DNA from: a virus | Virus record (IMG/VR): IMGVR_UViG_3300024496_000012 | DNA: 64,000 bases | Direction: 5' to 3' (one strand) | In this document: one piece after another, positions 11,150 to 20,654 of the stretch | Position numbering within the stretch: the stretch's first letter is position 1 | How the letters are laid out: the number at the start of each line of letters is the position of its first letter | Program-made: the position numbers and the translations under genes | The notes under the pieces: model-generated | What the model was told of the DNA's origin: nothing | Databases searched by the model: none | The model's input: the letters and a program-made list of their open reading frames with translations, nothing else

Positions 11150-11905
11150 ATGGCAAGATATAATACAGTTTATAATACTACATCAGTATCGGGATCAACA
11201 TCAATTTCGTCTCCCGTACAAGGTCTGACCACGACGATTACAGGAGCAGGTGGTGTTACCATTACTGTACCAAGTCCTGTATTATTTGCCGGCTATACTC
11301 AGACTTACTATAATGCTACTAGCGGTAGCATCACATTAAGCTCACCAAGCGGAATATTTACAGGTCCAGCATCTAGCGGTACAGCTAACCAAACAGTGCC
11401 AAGTCAAACTACGATGACGATCACAGCAGATGGTACTAACTATGTGTTGGCTAACATCGAAGGTGGTGTATTGGTTGCTACAACTGGTACTTTCAGCGAT
11501 AACGTTAATATGAACGGTTCTTTTGTAAGAGCCAGCTCAGCGTTTTCTACAGTTGGTTCTAACCAGTACGACCTAACAACCGCAGGTTATGTAAAAGCTA
11601 GATACGGTAACGATTGGCAGGTTATTACAACAGGTTATACCGCTGTTGCAGGTGATCGTATCATGTGCAATACTTCCGGTGGTGGTTTTACTGTTACACT
11701 TCCATCAGCACCTAACAGAGGTGATTCTGTACATTTTATCGATTATTCAAGAACATTTAACACACAAAACTTAACTGTAAATAATAACGGTAACAGAATC
11801 ATGGGTATTTTAGATACCATGACAGTTTCCACAGCAGGTGCAGCATTCCAGTTAGTTTATTCAGGAGCAAGTAACCCAGGATGGTTAATGGCTCAGGGTA
11901 TTTAA
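11150..11905 (+). CDS. Tail-fibre-related protein
   Basis: C-terminal NTSGGGFTVTLPSAPNRGDSVHFID...NLTV..NG..I.G domain, typical of phage fibre proteins. Confidence 0.65.
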   Translation: MARYNTVYNTTSVSGSTSISSPVQGLTTTITGAGGVTITVPSPVLFAGYTQTYYNATSGSITLSSPSGIFTGPASSGTANQTVPSQTTMTITADGTNYVLANIEGGVLVATTGTFSDNVNMNGSFVRASSAFSTVGSNQYDLTTAGYVKARYGNDWQVITTGYTAVAGDRIMCNTSGGGFTVTLPSAPNRGDSVHFIDYSRTFNTQNLTVNNNGNRIMGILDTMTVSTAGAAFQLVYSGASNPGWLMAQGI

Positions 11906-11917
11906 TAGAGGTCCGAA

Positions 11918-12769
11918 ATGCCGTTTGATTATCAAACACTTAAAAACATTAGTTCCGCAGCAATCATTGACGGCAGTGTCGCGACCGCAGATATCGGTGA
12001 TACGCAGATCACTGCTGATCGTATACAAACAGGTGCAGTTTCATCTAGTAAGTTTGCTGCCAACGCAGTCAACACAACGACTGGTGTAGTCACAGGAACT
12101 TTACCTGTGAACAGAGGCGGTCGTGGAAGAACTGACCTAGGTAGCGCATACCAGGCTGTCTATTCAGACGGCAGTCAGCAAGTCAACTCCGACCACGGTA
12201 TCTATGGTATACAGGTTTTTACAGGTTCAGGAACATGGAACCGACCAACTAACGTCCGTTATATTCGAGTACAGTGCCAAGGCGGAGCAGGCGGTGGCTC
12301 GGGCCACGGAGAAGGTGGCGGCGCCGGAGGATACACAGAGCGTTTCTTAGATGTAACTGGCATTCCATCAGTATCTGTATATGTTGGTGGCGGTGGCGGT
12401 GGTACTTATTATTCTGGCGCAGGCGGAAATGGCGACTACGCAGGTTTTGGGCCATACTGCTCGGCAGGTGGCGGTCACGGAGCCAATAGACAGAATCAGC
12501 ACAGTGGCGGCGTTAGTGGCACAGGATCGGGTGGAAGTTTAAACATTTACCAAGGTGGTGGCCTAAGCCATCACGCTTACTCGGCACAAAGTTGTGCTGA
12601 TACTTATTTTGGAGGCGGTGCCCCAAGTAGTCACCCACAGGGCGGCCACTTTGCGCATGTCCACCAAGGTCACTCAGCACCAGGCACAGGCGGCGCAGGC
12701 GCACACTTCCACGGACATAGAGGTTCAGACGGAAGACCGGGATTGGTTTTAGTCACAATGTATTATTAA
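11918..12769 (+). CDS. Gly/His-rich fibre-like protein, paralog 1
   Basis: MPFDYQTLK N-terminus; FTGSGTW...GGAGGG Gly-rich domain; HPQGGHFAHVHQGH motif. Confidence 0.7.
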   Translation: MPFDYQTLKNISSAAIIDGSVATADIGDTQITADRIQTGAVSSSKFAANAVNTTTGVVTGTLPVNRGGRGRTDLGSAYQAVYSDGSQQVNSDHGIYGIQVFTGSGTWNRPTNVRYIRVQCQGGAGGGSGHGEGGGAGGYTERFLDVTGIPSVSVYVGGGGGGTYYSGAGGNGDYAGFGPYCSAGGGHGANRQNQHSGGVSGTGSGGSLNIYQGGGLSHHAYSAQSCADTYFGGGAPSSHPQGGHFAHVHQGHSAPGTGGAGAHFHGHRGSDGRPGLVLVTMYY

Positions 12770-12783
12770 TAAGAGAGTAGAAA

Positions 12784-13641
12784 ATGCCATTTGATTATCA
12801 GACACTGAAAAATATTAGTAATGCAGCGTTTCAAAGCGGAGCTATTACTGGTAGCGATATCGGTGCTTCACAGATTACAACTTCAAAATATCAAACAGGA
12901 TCATTAACAGCTAACGAACTAGGAACAAGCTCAGTAGATCTCGCCAGCGGCACAGTTACAGGTGTTACTCCCTATACTAGGGGCGGTACAGGTTTGAGTG
13001 GTGTCGGTGGCGCATATCAAATTCTTACAACCAACAGCAGCACAAACGCATTGACATGGGCAAACCATGGTATCTATAGAATGGTTGTATTCACTGGATC
13101 AGGAACATATACTCCAGCAGCTGGCGTAAGATATGTTTGGGTACAGGTTCAAGGAGCCGGCGGCGGCGCTGGTGGTCACGGTGAATCCGGTGCAGCAGGA
13201 GGATATGCTGAAAGAATTGTCAGCATGGTTGGAGTCCCTTCTGTCTCAGTTTATGTTGGCGGTGGTGGCGGTGGTACATATTACAACAATGCAGGCGGTA
13301 ATGGAGACTACGCAGGTTTTGGTCCTTATGTATCGGCGAGCGGCGGCCACGGAGCATGCCGCCAAAATAACCATAATGGCGGTGTAAGCGGAGTAGGATC
13401 TGGCGGTAATTTTAACATCCATACAGGATCTGGTGGCGGCCACGAACAGCGTTCGTCGGGCATGGGAGGTTCAAGTTTCTGGGGAGGCCCAGCACCTGCA
13501 GGACACCCGCAAGGAGGACACTTTAGCCATATCCATCAAGGTCACGCAGCACCGGGCACAGGTGGCACAGCAGGATACTTTAGTGGACACAGAGGTTCAG
13601 ATGGACGTCCCGGACTTGTAGTTATAACAGAGTTTTATTAA
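12784..13641 (+). CDS. Gly/His-rich fibre-like protein, paralog 2
   Basis: Collinear with paralogs 1 and 3; HPQGGHFSHIHQGH. Confidence 0.7.
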   Translation: MPFDYQTLKNISNAAFQSGAITGSDIGASQITTSKYQTGSLTANELGTSSVDLASGTVTGVTPYTRGGTGLSGVGGAYQILTTNSSTNALTWANHGIYRMVVFTGSGTYTPAAGVRYVWVQVQGAGGGAGGHGESGAAGGYAERIVSMVGVPSVSVYVGGGGGGTYYNNAGGNGDYAGFGPYVSASGGHGACRQNNHNGGVSGVGSGGNFNIHTGSGGGHEQRSSGMGGSSFWGGPAPAGHPQGGHFSHIHQGHAAPGTGGTAGYFSGHRGSDGRPGLVVITEFY

Positions 13642-13653
13642 TGGGAAGAGAAA

Positions 13654-14514
13654 ATGCCATTTGATTATCAAACACTCAAACAGATTAACAGTTCTGCGAT
13701 CATAGACGGAACGATCCAGACAGCTAGTATTGCGTCTAGGACCATTCCTACATCAGATCTTGCAGACTCAAATATCACTGCTTCTCAGCTAGCTAATAGC
13801 TCAGTAGACTTAGGCAGTGGTATAGTCACAGGAACAATGCCTGTGGGTAAAGGCGGTACAGCAATAACCAGCGTCGGCAGCGCAAATACAGTTTTAAGAA
13901 CAAACTCAGCAGCAAACGGCTATGAATATGCTACAGTTGGCCCAAACAGTATTTCGGTATTTACATCAGGTGGTACATGGAACAGACCTGCTGGCGTAAG
14001 ATACATTCGTATTAAATGCCAAGGCGCAGGTGGTGGCGGTGGCGGACATGGTGAGTCGGGTGCTGCGGGCGGTTATGCCGAACGTGTACTTGAAGTAGCA
14101 GTCAACAATATTAACTCCGTGTCAGTTTATGTCGGCGGCGGCGGCGGTGGCACATACTACAACAATGCAGGTGGTAATGGAGATTATGCTGGTTTTGGTC
14201 CTTATGTGTCGGCAGGCGGCGGGCACGGTGCTTGTCGTCAAAACAACCACAGCGGTGGTGTTAGTGGCAACGGATCAGGTGGAGACTTAAACATACACCA
14301 AGGTGGCGGTGGCGCACACCATCATAGTTTTGGTCCAGGCGGAACAAGTCACTTCGGTGGCCCTGCTCCTAGTGGACACCCACAAGGTGGGCATTTTAGT
14401 CACAATCACCAAACTCATGCAGCCCCAGGAACAGGCGGAACTGGTGGTTATTTCCACGGACACCGCGGTAGTGACGGTCGTCCAGGTATTGTTGTAGTTG
14501 AAGAATATAGATAA
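13654..14514 (+). CDS. Gly/His-rich fibre-like protein, paralog 3
   Basis: Collinear with paralogs 1 and 2; HPQGGHFSHNHQTH. Confidence 0.7.
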   Translation: MPFDYQTLKQINSSAIIDGTIQTASIASRTIPTSDLADSNITASQLANSSVDLGSGIVTGTMPVGKGGTAITSVGSANTVLRTNSAANGYEYATVGPNSISVFTSGGTWNRPAGVRYIRIKCQGAGGGGGGHGESGAAGGYAERVLEVAVNNINSVSVYVGGGGGGTYYNNAGGNGDYAGFGPYVSAGGGHGACRQNNHSGGVSGNGSGGDLNIHQGGGGAHHHSFGPGGTSHFGGPAPSGHPQGGHFSHNHQTHAAPGTGGTGGYFHGHRGSDGRPGIVVVEEYR

Positions 14515-14521
14515 TCAGGAG

Positions 14522-14529
14522 TATAAATA
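14522..14529 (+). promoter_or_regulatory. Perfect T4 late promoter TATAAATA, 5 nt before ATG (leaderless layout)
   Basis: TATAAATA-ACACT-ATG(14535), no SD between them. Confidence 0.75.
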
Positions 14530-14534
14530 ACACT

Positions 14535-15197
14535 ATGAAGAAAGCACTTGTATCATATCAAGGATATGTCAGCAAAATCGTTGATCCGGGCGAGGAAGGT
14601 CCTTTATACGAAGGCCCAGACGCAACGATCATGTGGGTAGATGCTCCGGACAATATCCAAATGGACTGGACACTAGAATGGAGTCCTAGTCAACAAATCA
14701 TGGTTTGGGTTGAAAGAGATGGCCCTCATACAGACAACGGCGTTGCACGTAGAGTAGCCTACGGCGAGATCGGCGCCCAGCTAGGTCTAATCTTTGATGC
14801 TATCAAAGAACACGGAGTTTTAGATACTAACAGCGATTGGTATAAACATCAGCTATTAGTTAAATCGTTGATTCCTAAGCCAGTGCCACAGCCAAGTTAC
14901 GGAAGTCTTGAAGAAATGGCTGCTGCTATGCAAAACCAAGAACCATCACCAGATCTTCCTAGCACTGCTTGTACACCAGATATACAATCATGGAAGCGTT
15001 ATCCCGGTTGGAAGGGCTATGAAGGCGAAAAAATGCCTATTCCAGCAGGCGCAAAAATGAATGACAATGGGTGGTTATATTCTGCAACTGGTGAGAAGCT
15101 GCACATTGCCAGTTATTATGGCATCGTCAGCGAAACCGCAGCTAACGGCACCATTACATGGTACGGACCAGACGAGAATCCACTACCAAAAGTCTAA
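14535..15197 (+). CDS. Putative tail-fibre assembly/chaperone-like protein
   Basis: RRVAYGEIGAQLGLIF...W...LVKSLIPKP resembles the R..AYP.IGDQLD...W...VK..PK motif of fibre-adjacent phage proteins. Confidence 0.45.
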   Translation: MKKALVSYQGYVSKIVDPGEEGPLYEGPDATIMWVDAPDNIQMDWTLEWSPSQQIMVWVERDGPHTDNGVARRVAYGEIGAQLGLIFDAIKEHGVLDTNSDWYKHQLLVKSLIPKPVPQPSYGSLEEMAAAMQNQEPSPDLPSTACTPDIQSWKRYPGWKGYEGEKMPIPAGAKMNDNGWLYSATGEKLHIASYYGIVSETAANGTITWYGPDENPLPKV

Positions 15198-15211
15198 TAT
15201 TAGACACGATT

Positions 15212-15240
15212 AAAAAGGGCGAATCGTACTCGCCCTTTTT
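15212..15240. terminator. Intrinsic terminator (possibly bidirectional)
   Basis: AAAAAGGGCGA-atcgtac-TCGCCCTTTTT perfect inverted repeat. Confidence 0.85.
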
Positions 15241-15264
15241 CTATGATCACTTAAAACAATGACC

Positions 15265-15271
15265 ATAAATA
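15265..15271 (+). promoter_or_regulatory. Late promoter core ATAAATA at the head of the enzyme island
   Basis: Lies between the terminator and ATG 15298. Confidence 0.6.
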
Positions 15272-15297
15272 GTTGACGTTAAACAAAGGGTTTTCTC

Positions 15298-16914
15298 ATG
15301 AATATTAAAAAAGTCGTTATAGTTGGTGGAGGTTCATCTGGGTGGATGACCGCTGCGGCATTATCTAAACTATGTCCACACCTAGATATCACATTAATAG
15401 AATCTGAAAAAGTAGGAACAGTCGGTGTAGGAGAAAGCACTTTAGGCCATATTAATAGATTTTTAAATATTCTAGAACTAAAAGACGAAGATTGGATGGC
15501 AGCTTGTAATGCTACCTATAAGAACTCTATTCGTTTTACTAACTTTAGAGAAAAAGATGGTTCGTATTTTGAATATCCCTTTAGTGCAGGACTAGATTTC
15601 ACCGATAAACCTAGTGGGTCAAATGCATGGTCAGAACTAGCAACACTATATCCAGATGAATATGGTCCCGAACAGTTTGCTCAAATGTATGCGACTGGCA
15701 ATACTTTCCTCGCCAAGTACAATCGTCAAACTAGAGACGAAGCTAGAGTTTTACGAAACTATGAGTTCAAGTGGGATACTGCTTATCATCTTGATGCACA
15801 GTTATTTGGTCAGTATCTAAAAGAAAAAATAGCATTGCCTAACGGTGTGAAGCATATGATCGGCGATGTACACTCCCACCAAAAAGATCATCTTGGCAAT
15901 ATCACACAGATCTTGTTGGCTGATTACACGACTACACTAACAGCTGACCTTTGGATTGATTGTACTGGTTTTAGAAGCATACTTCTAGAAAACTGGATGG
16001 GTTCTCAGTTTATTAGTTTTGAAAAATATCTAGCTAACGACAGAGCATGGGCATGTCGCATTCCTTATGAAGATAGAGAGCGAGAAATGCACAATGTCAC
16101 AGACTGTCATGCTCTTGATAACGGATGGGTATGGAATATTCCGTTATGGAATCGTATAGGTACTGGATATGTTTTTAGTTCGAGATTTATTTCGGACGAA
16201 GATGCTAAAAGAGAGTTTCGCAGACACTTAGCTACTACAGGTTCTAAAGAACGTGCTGATCGAGCCGACATGTTCCTAGTTAATATTAAGCATGGATATA
16301 GACGCCGAGCATGGGTAGGTAATGTTGTGGGCGTTGGTCTTAGCTATGGATTTGTTGAACCATTAGAGTCAACAGGACTTTTGACTACACATGAAAACAT
16401 CATTAAACTAATCGAAGCACTAAATCGAAGAGAAGGATATGTAACTAGATCCGAACGTGAAGGATTTAACTTTGCTGTACAACATGATGTTTTAAGATTC
16501 CGTGACTTTGTTTCACAACATTATGCTCTATCTAAGAGAACAGACACCCCATATTGGAGATGGTGTACACAGATAAACGAATATTGCCCAGAAGGAATGG
16601 GAGAGTTTATGTTACAGCAAGCCCAGTATCCAAATCTAATGGGCAATATTGCCATGGGCAATGCATATCCTAGCGACTATGTTGGTAATATGTTTATTGC
16701 TGCTGGCATGGGAGTCAAATCAACATCAACTAAAGAACTTGTTTATGTAACCGGCAGAGTAAACCAAGTATCTAAGATGGAAGAAATCGGATATACCAAG
16801 AGAAGGTACGAAGAATATAGAGATTTTGTCATTGATTATGTCAAGAAATGTCCAACGCACTATCAGTTCTTGTTACATGAAATCTATGGCGGAAAAGATG
16901 ACTACGCTCTGTAA
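15298..16914 (+). CDS. Flavin-dependent tryptophan-halogenase-family protein (Arg at the catalytic Lys position)
   Basis: GGGSSG FAD motif, GVGEST, ATYKNSIRF, WVWNIP, FVEPLESTG. Confidence 0.85.
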   Translation: MNIKKVVIVGGGSSGWMTAAALSKLCPHLDITLIESEKVGTVGVGESTLGHINRFLNILELKDEDWMAACNATYKNSIRFTNFREKDGSYFEYPFSAGLDFTDKPSGSNAWSELATLYPDEYGPEQFAQMYATGNTFLAKYNRQTRDEARVLRNYEFKWDTAYHLDAQLFGQYLKEKIALPNGVKHMIGDVHSHQKDHLGNITQILLADYTTTLTADLWIDCTGFRSILLENWMGSQFISFEKYLANDRAWACRIPYEDREREMHNVTDCHALDNGWVWNIPLWNRIGTGYVFSSRFISDEDAKREFRRHLATTGSKERADRADMFLVNIKHGYRRRAWVGNVVGVGLSYGFVEPLESTGLLTTHENIIKLIEALNRREGYVTRSEREGFNFAVQHDVLRFRDFVSQHYALSKRTDTPYWRWCTQINEYCPEGMGEFMLQQAQYPNLMGNIAMGNAYPSDYVGNMFIAAGMGVKSTSTKELVYVTGRVNQVSKMEEIGYTKRRYEEYRDFVIDYVKKCPTHYQFLLHEIYGGKDDYAL

Positions 16915-17692
16915 GAAACTGTTTGGCTGGTTAGGAAAAAATAAAAAAACAAAACCATACATAAGGTTTTATTCTTTAACTCCGGGTGTGGTAGATTTAT
17001 TTCCTATAGTTAGATCATCTACAGTAGAAAGACCGTATAGAAGTTCTCAGACCTACGAAGGTGTTCCTCCTAGCAAAAACTGTCCTGCTATCAATAAAAT
17101 AGTGGGTTCTGGATGGATCGTGCCTGCGCCTGCTGATTTTATCATAGATACTAATGGTGACGGAACAACGATCCAGTGGCTGGAACCTTATCGTTTTAAA
17201 AGATCTTCTGATATCAATGAATCTTCTTATGTAGTATTACACAGTTGGCATCAAACTGATCCGTTAGTCGATGATCCTGAAAAAACTGTCAGGACCGTAG
17301 TAAAGCTCGAAACACCTTGGCGTGTTGATATGAGCGATGATTATGTACTACTCCAACTTCCTGTTACCTATAACAAAGAAAGCCGTTTCACAGCAGCTAT
17401 TGGTGTGCTAGATCCAGAGTACGGATACACAGTAAATGTGCAACTATTTTGGAATGTCAAAGAAGGACGCACACTAGTCAAGGCAGGAACACCGTTATGC
17501 CAACTAGTTCCAGTTCTTAAAGATGCGTTAAGTCCTGGTTTTTATGATGTCATTATAGATAATGCCACAGAACAAGACCAGCTCAAAGATAGAGAGTTTA
17601 ACTATGCTGCTAGTTGTGTGATCTTAAATCACGATTCTCTAGGATCAAGATTGAGCAGATCGAAAAAAATACTTAATAAGTACAAAAAGTGA
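16898..17692 (+). CDS. Hypothetical protein, paralog of 31525..32355 (possible dUTPase-like/DUF6065-like fold)
   Basis: Start reassigned to MTTLCKK, overlapping the upstream stop. CPAI...G....APADF, ETPWRV, QLFW..EG.TL..AGTPL.Q.VP. Confidence 0.6.
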   Translation: MTTLCKKLFGWLGKNKKTKPYIRFYSLTPGVVDLFPIVRSSTVERPYRSSQTYEGVPPSKNCPAINKIVGSGWIVPAPADFIIDTNGDGTTIQWLEPYRFKRSSDINESSYVVLHSWHQTDPLVDDPEKTVRTVVKLETPWRVDMSDDYVLLQLPVTYNKESRFTAAIGVLDPEYGYTVNVQLFWNVKEGRTLVKAGTPLCQLVPVLKDALSPGFYDVIIDNATEQDQLKDREFNYAASCVILNHDSLGSRLSRSKKILNKYKK

Positions 17693-17702
17693 GGATACAA
17701 AC

Positions 17703-17954
17703 ATGGACTATAAAACGTCATTACAAGCAACACTAACCAATGTTCAAAAACAAATCGAGGACGGTAAAGCTGAACTCAAAAGATTAGAAGAAGAGTTTGC
17801 CAATGTCAAACTAAATCCCTATGGAATCACTTCTATCGATTTCGCAAAACGTCAAGAACTCAGCACAGATGTTCTAAAGATGGAAGGTGTAGTCATGGGA
17901 CTTCGACTAGCTCTTGAAACCTATGACGGAGTAGAAGCAGGTGCAACTATCTAA
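17703..17954 (+). CDS. Small coiled-coil hypothetical protein
   Basis: GAGG SD; helical heptad pattern. Confidence 0.6.
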   Translation: MDYKTSLQATLTNVQKQIEDGKAELKRLEEEFANVKLNPYGITSIDFAKRQELSTDVLKMEGVVMGLRLALETYDGVEAGATI

Positions 17955-18525
17955 TAATGGGGCGATACATCTATTTCCACCCCTAATATACAAGTTTGAA
18001 TACGAGTTCGATCAATCATATCTTAAACCTAAGATTGATGATTTATTTTCATTGGTGGAAATAAATTCTGATCTAGAAAAAGGCGCTGCGATATCAACAG
18101 TAAGTTTGGATCAGCGCCTTCAACCTCATACATGGCCTGAACTAGAACACTTCCAACACTGGTTGGGAGAAAAAATCGCTAACATCAGAGAAGAGCATCA
18201 GTTTTATAACGGCTATTCTGAAGTACAACGTAGCTGGTGCAATCGACATCTACGATCCGGATACACTCTAGAACACAATCATACGTTCGCCACTTGGGTA
18301 GCCAGTTGTTATTTTATGGCACCTGCTGGCTCAGGCAATATAGAATTTTTAGATCCTCTTGAATATCACAAGAGTAACTTTCCTGTTGTCCCTGAAGTAT
18401 CATTCTACAAAGAAGTCCAAGTAGCTACAAATAATGTTTTAATCTTTCCAGGTTGGATTAAACATAGAGTTCAGCCGAATAACACCGATCAGGAGCGTGT
18501 AGTAATCACGTTTAACATAAAATGA
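17941..18525 (+). CDS. Fe(II)/2OG oxygenase-like (TIGR02466-like, HxH)
   Basis: WCN.H...LEHNH...IFPGWIKHRVQPN...RVVITFN. Confidence 0.75.
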   Translation: MQLSNNGAIHLFPPLIYKFEYEFDQSYLKPKIDDLFSLVEINSDLEKGAAISTVSLDQRLQPHTWPELEHFQHWLGEKIANIREEHQFYNGYSEVQRSWCNRHLRSGYTLEHNHTFATWVASCYFMAPAGSGNIEFLDPLEYHKSNFPVVPEVSFYKEVQVATNNVLIFPGWIKHRVQPNNTDQERVVITFNIK

Positions 18526-19325
18526 AAGATTTTAAAATCTGTTATCCTGATGCCAACACATTTAAAGACATCATCAAACTTAAAAAAATAGATGACTGGA
18601 ATGTGGAATACCATCATCTTTCTGATGATATTGGCTATTGGACGGCAGATCATCCTTTTGAAACTGACGAACAGTTTTATCTTTTTAGAGATCTCATAGG
18701 AATGTTTCCTATACAGAAAGATAATAATCATCCAAAAAACTTTGATCCAAATCCTTTTGATACCATACATCTACCTGAATGGGTGTATTTAGATCTTTGT
18801 TTCTTAATAAGAGATTTTTATAAAATACACGGAACAGACGAGTGGCAAGATCCTCAGATACACGAATGGGGCAATATATTTCTAAGAGAACGCACCAGAC
18901 CAATAAGCTGCTGGAGACTACCTCACATTGATTATGTGTTTGGGATGGTCTCTAACTTATGGTTCACTGATCACAAAATAGAAGATAGCTGTACACGACT
19001 GTATAAGTATCATGGTAAGATCTACAACGATGTCTATGACTTTCAGTTAGACTTAGAGCATCCTATGAGAAAAGAATGGGAAGCACTATCACTTGAACCA
19101 AAACGTCTCGATAGTTGGATGAACGTTCCTGAAGAAGAGCTGAAGAGATGGGGGTTTGAACTAGTAGGAATGGCCCCAACAAGAGAAAAAACTATGACTT
19201 TGTACAAAGCTAATATATGTCACAGTGCTTGGGTGGGAGAAAATGTAGATTTTAGATGGAGTCATGCTTTTGCTTTTAGTCACGAACTACTACAACATAA
19301 GACGCTTAAGGATCTGTTTTCATGA
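18522..19325 (+). CDS. Putative Fe(II)/2OG oxygenase (HxD...H)
   Basis: LPHID...NLWF...LYKANICHSAW. Confidence 0.55.
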   Translation: MKDFKICYPDANTFKDIIKLKKIDDWNVEYHHLSDDIGYWTADHPFETDEQFYLFRDLIGMFPIQKDNNHPKNFDPNPFDTIHLPEWVYLDLCFLIRDFYKIHGTDEWQDPQIHEWGNIFLRERTRPISCWRLPHIDYVFGMVSNLWFTDHKIEDSCTRLYKYHGKIYNDVYDFQLDLEHPMRKEWEALSLEPKRLDSWMNVPEEELKRWGFELVGMAPTREKTMTLYKANICHSAWVGENVDFRWSHAFAFSHELLQHKTLKDLFS

Positions 19326-19948
19326 ATCTAGAACTTTACTTTCCTACGCCCGTTTGGTGGGAGGACACCACCATCGATCCTGCACCAATGCTAGAGCTGT
19401 TAACAGAACTCAAAGAAAAAGATCCATACGGTCGCAGACTCAGCAACGAAGGAGGCTGGCAGAGTATGGATTTTAGACCCGGACTTTACCCTCAAATGAA
19501 GGCACTTGAAGATAGATTAATGGAACAGGCTAGACAATGTGTCAGAGATTATGGATATAAAGAGAGCTTATGTTTTCCTTTAATCGAAAACTTCTGGTTT
19601 AATGTCAACGGAAAGCACCATACTAACATGGTACACACACATGATAATACGTTTATAGCAGGAGTATTTTACCTCAAGGCATATCCAGGACAAGGAAAAA
19701 TAACTCTGTTTAAAGAGTATTCTCAGGATTATGTAATCGCTTCACAGGCGCCCATCGAACAATATAAACATATTAGTGCTAGTGCTATTAGTTTTGATCC
19801 AGTAACTAGCAGACTTATTTTATTTCCTGGTGCATTGCCACACGGTGTAGGAGCAAACACTACCGACGAAGACAGGATATCTGTTTCGTTCAACATAAAG
19901 ATGATAAGAAATGACGATGAAAGAATTAGGATTCAGGTTATTGAATGA
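19322..19948 (+). CDS. Fe(II)/2OG oxygenase-like (TIGR02466-like)
   Basis: WFNVN...VHTHD...GVFYL...LFPGALPHGV..N...DRISVSFN. Confidence 0.8.
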   Translation: MNLELYFPTPVWWEDTTIDPAPMLELLTELKEKDPYGRRLSNEGGWQSMDFRPGLYPQMKALEDRLMEQARQCVRDYGYKESLCFPLIENFWFNVNGKHHTNMVHTHDNTFIAGVFYLKAYPGQGKITLFKEYSQDYVIASQAPIEQYKHISASAISFDPVTSRLILFPGALPHGVGANTTDEDRISVSFNIKMIRNDDERIRIQVIE

Positions 19949-20654
19949 GACTAATCTTCTTTATGAAGATAAGCCTCATTATTTTAAAAATCTACTTCCA
20001 GAAGCTTCAGAAATGGTCACATGGAACGATGTGGAACATTGTTTTAATAGACCAGAGCTGTATAACTTTGAGATGATAGGCCCTGACAATCTTAAAATCG
20101 AAATACCTATGAATAAAAAAGCATGGGTATTTTCTAAACCTGTACAAGACAAAGCCTTTATGTTTGAAAATATCAATAAAGGCAACGGATTTGTTATCAT
20201 GGACTACGCATTCTACAGTGAAAAAACTATAGAACTCATGCGTACATTAGAAAATATATACATGGTAAACTCTTGCATACACGTCTATGGCGGCTTAGAA
20301 GGTTCAAAAAGTTTTTGGATACACGAAGACTATCCTTCAAACTTCATATTCCAAGCATGGGGTAAAACTCGTTGGAAGGTGTTTAACAACAGGATTTCTA
20401 CCATGTATCGAACAGGTACTATGAATCATCAGTTAACTGAAGATATGTTGGACCTAGCATTTGATGTGGTGCTAGAACCCGGAGATGCAATCTACATTCC
20501 TTCTAGGATGTATCATATAGCGTACCCGATGGGTCCTAGATTAAGCATGAGCGTTCCTTGTTGGACAAAGTTACCTACTGACGAACCTAAAGAATCAAGT
20601 GATAGAAACTGGTATAAGATAAATCATGAAAGTATTCAAACCAATAACGATTGA
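19911..20654 (+). CDS. JmjC/Cupin_4-like oxygenase
   Basis: SFWIHED...FIFQAWGKTRWKV...LEPGDAIYIPSRMYHIA. Confidence 0.75.
   Translation: MTMKELGFRLLNETNLLYEDKPHYFKNLLPEASEMVTWNDVEHCFNRPELYNFEMIGPDNLKIEIPMNKKAWVFSKPVQDKAFMFENINKGNGFVIMDYAFYSEKTIELMRTLENIYMVNSCIHVYGGLEGSKSFWIHEDYPSNFIFQAWGKTRWKVFNNRISTMYRTGTMNHQLTEDMLDLAFDVVLEPGDAIYIPSRMYHIAYPMGPRLSMSVPCWTKLPTDEPKESSDRNWYKINHESIQTNND

Noticed and set aside
11918-14514. Diversity-generating retroelement (TR/VR) among the three paralogs
   Set aside because: Differences are mostly synonymous and involve all bases rather than adenines only; no reverse transcriptase gene in the window.
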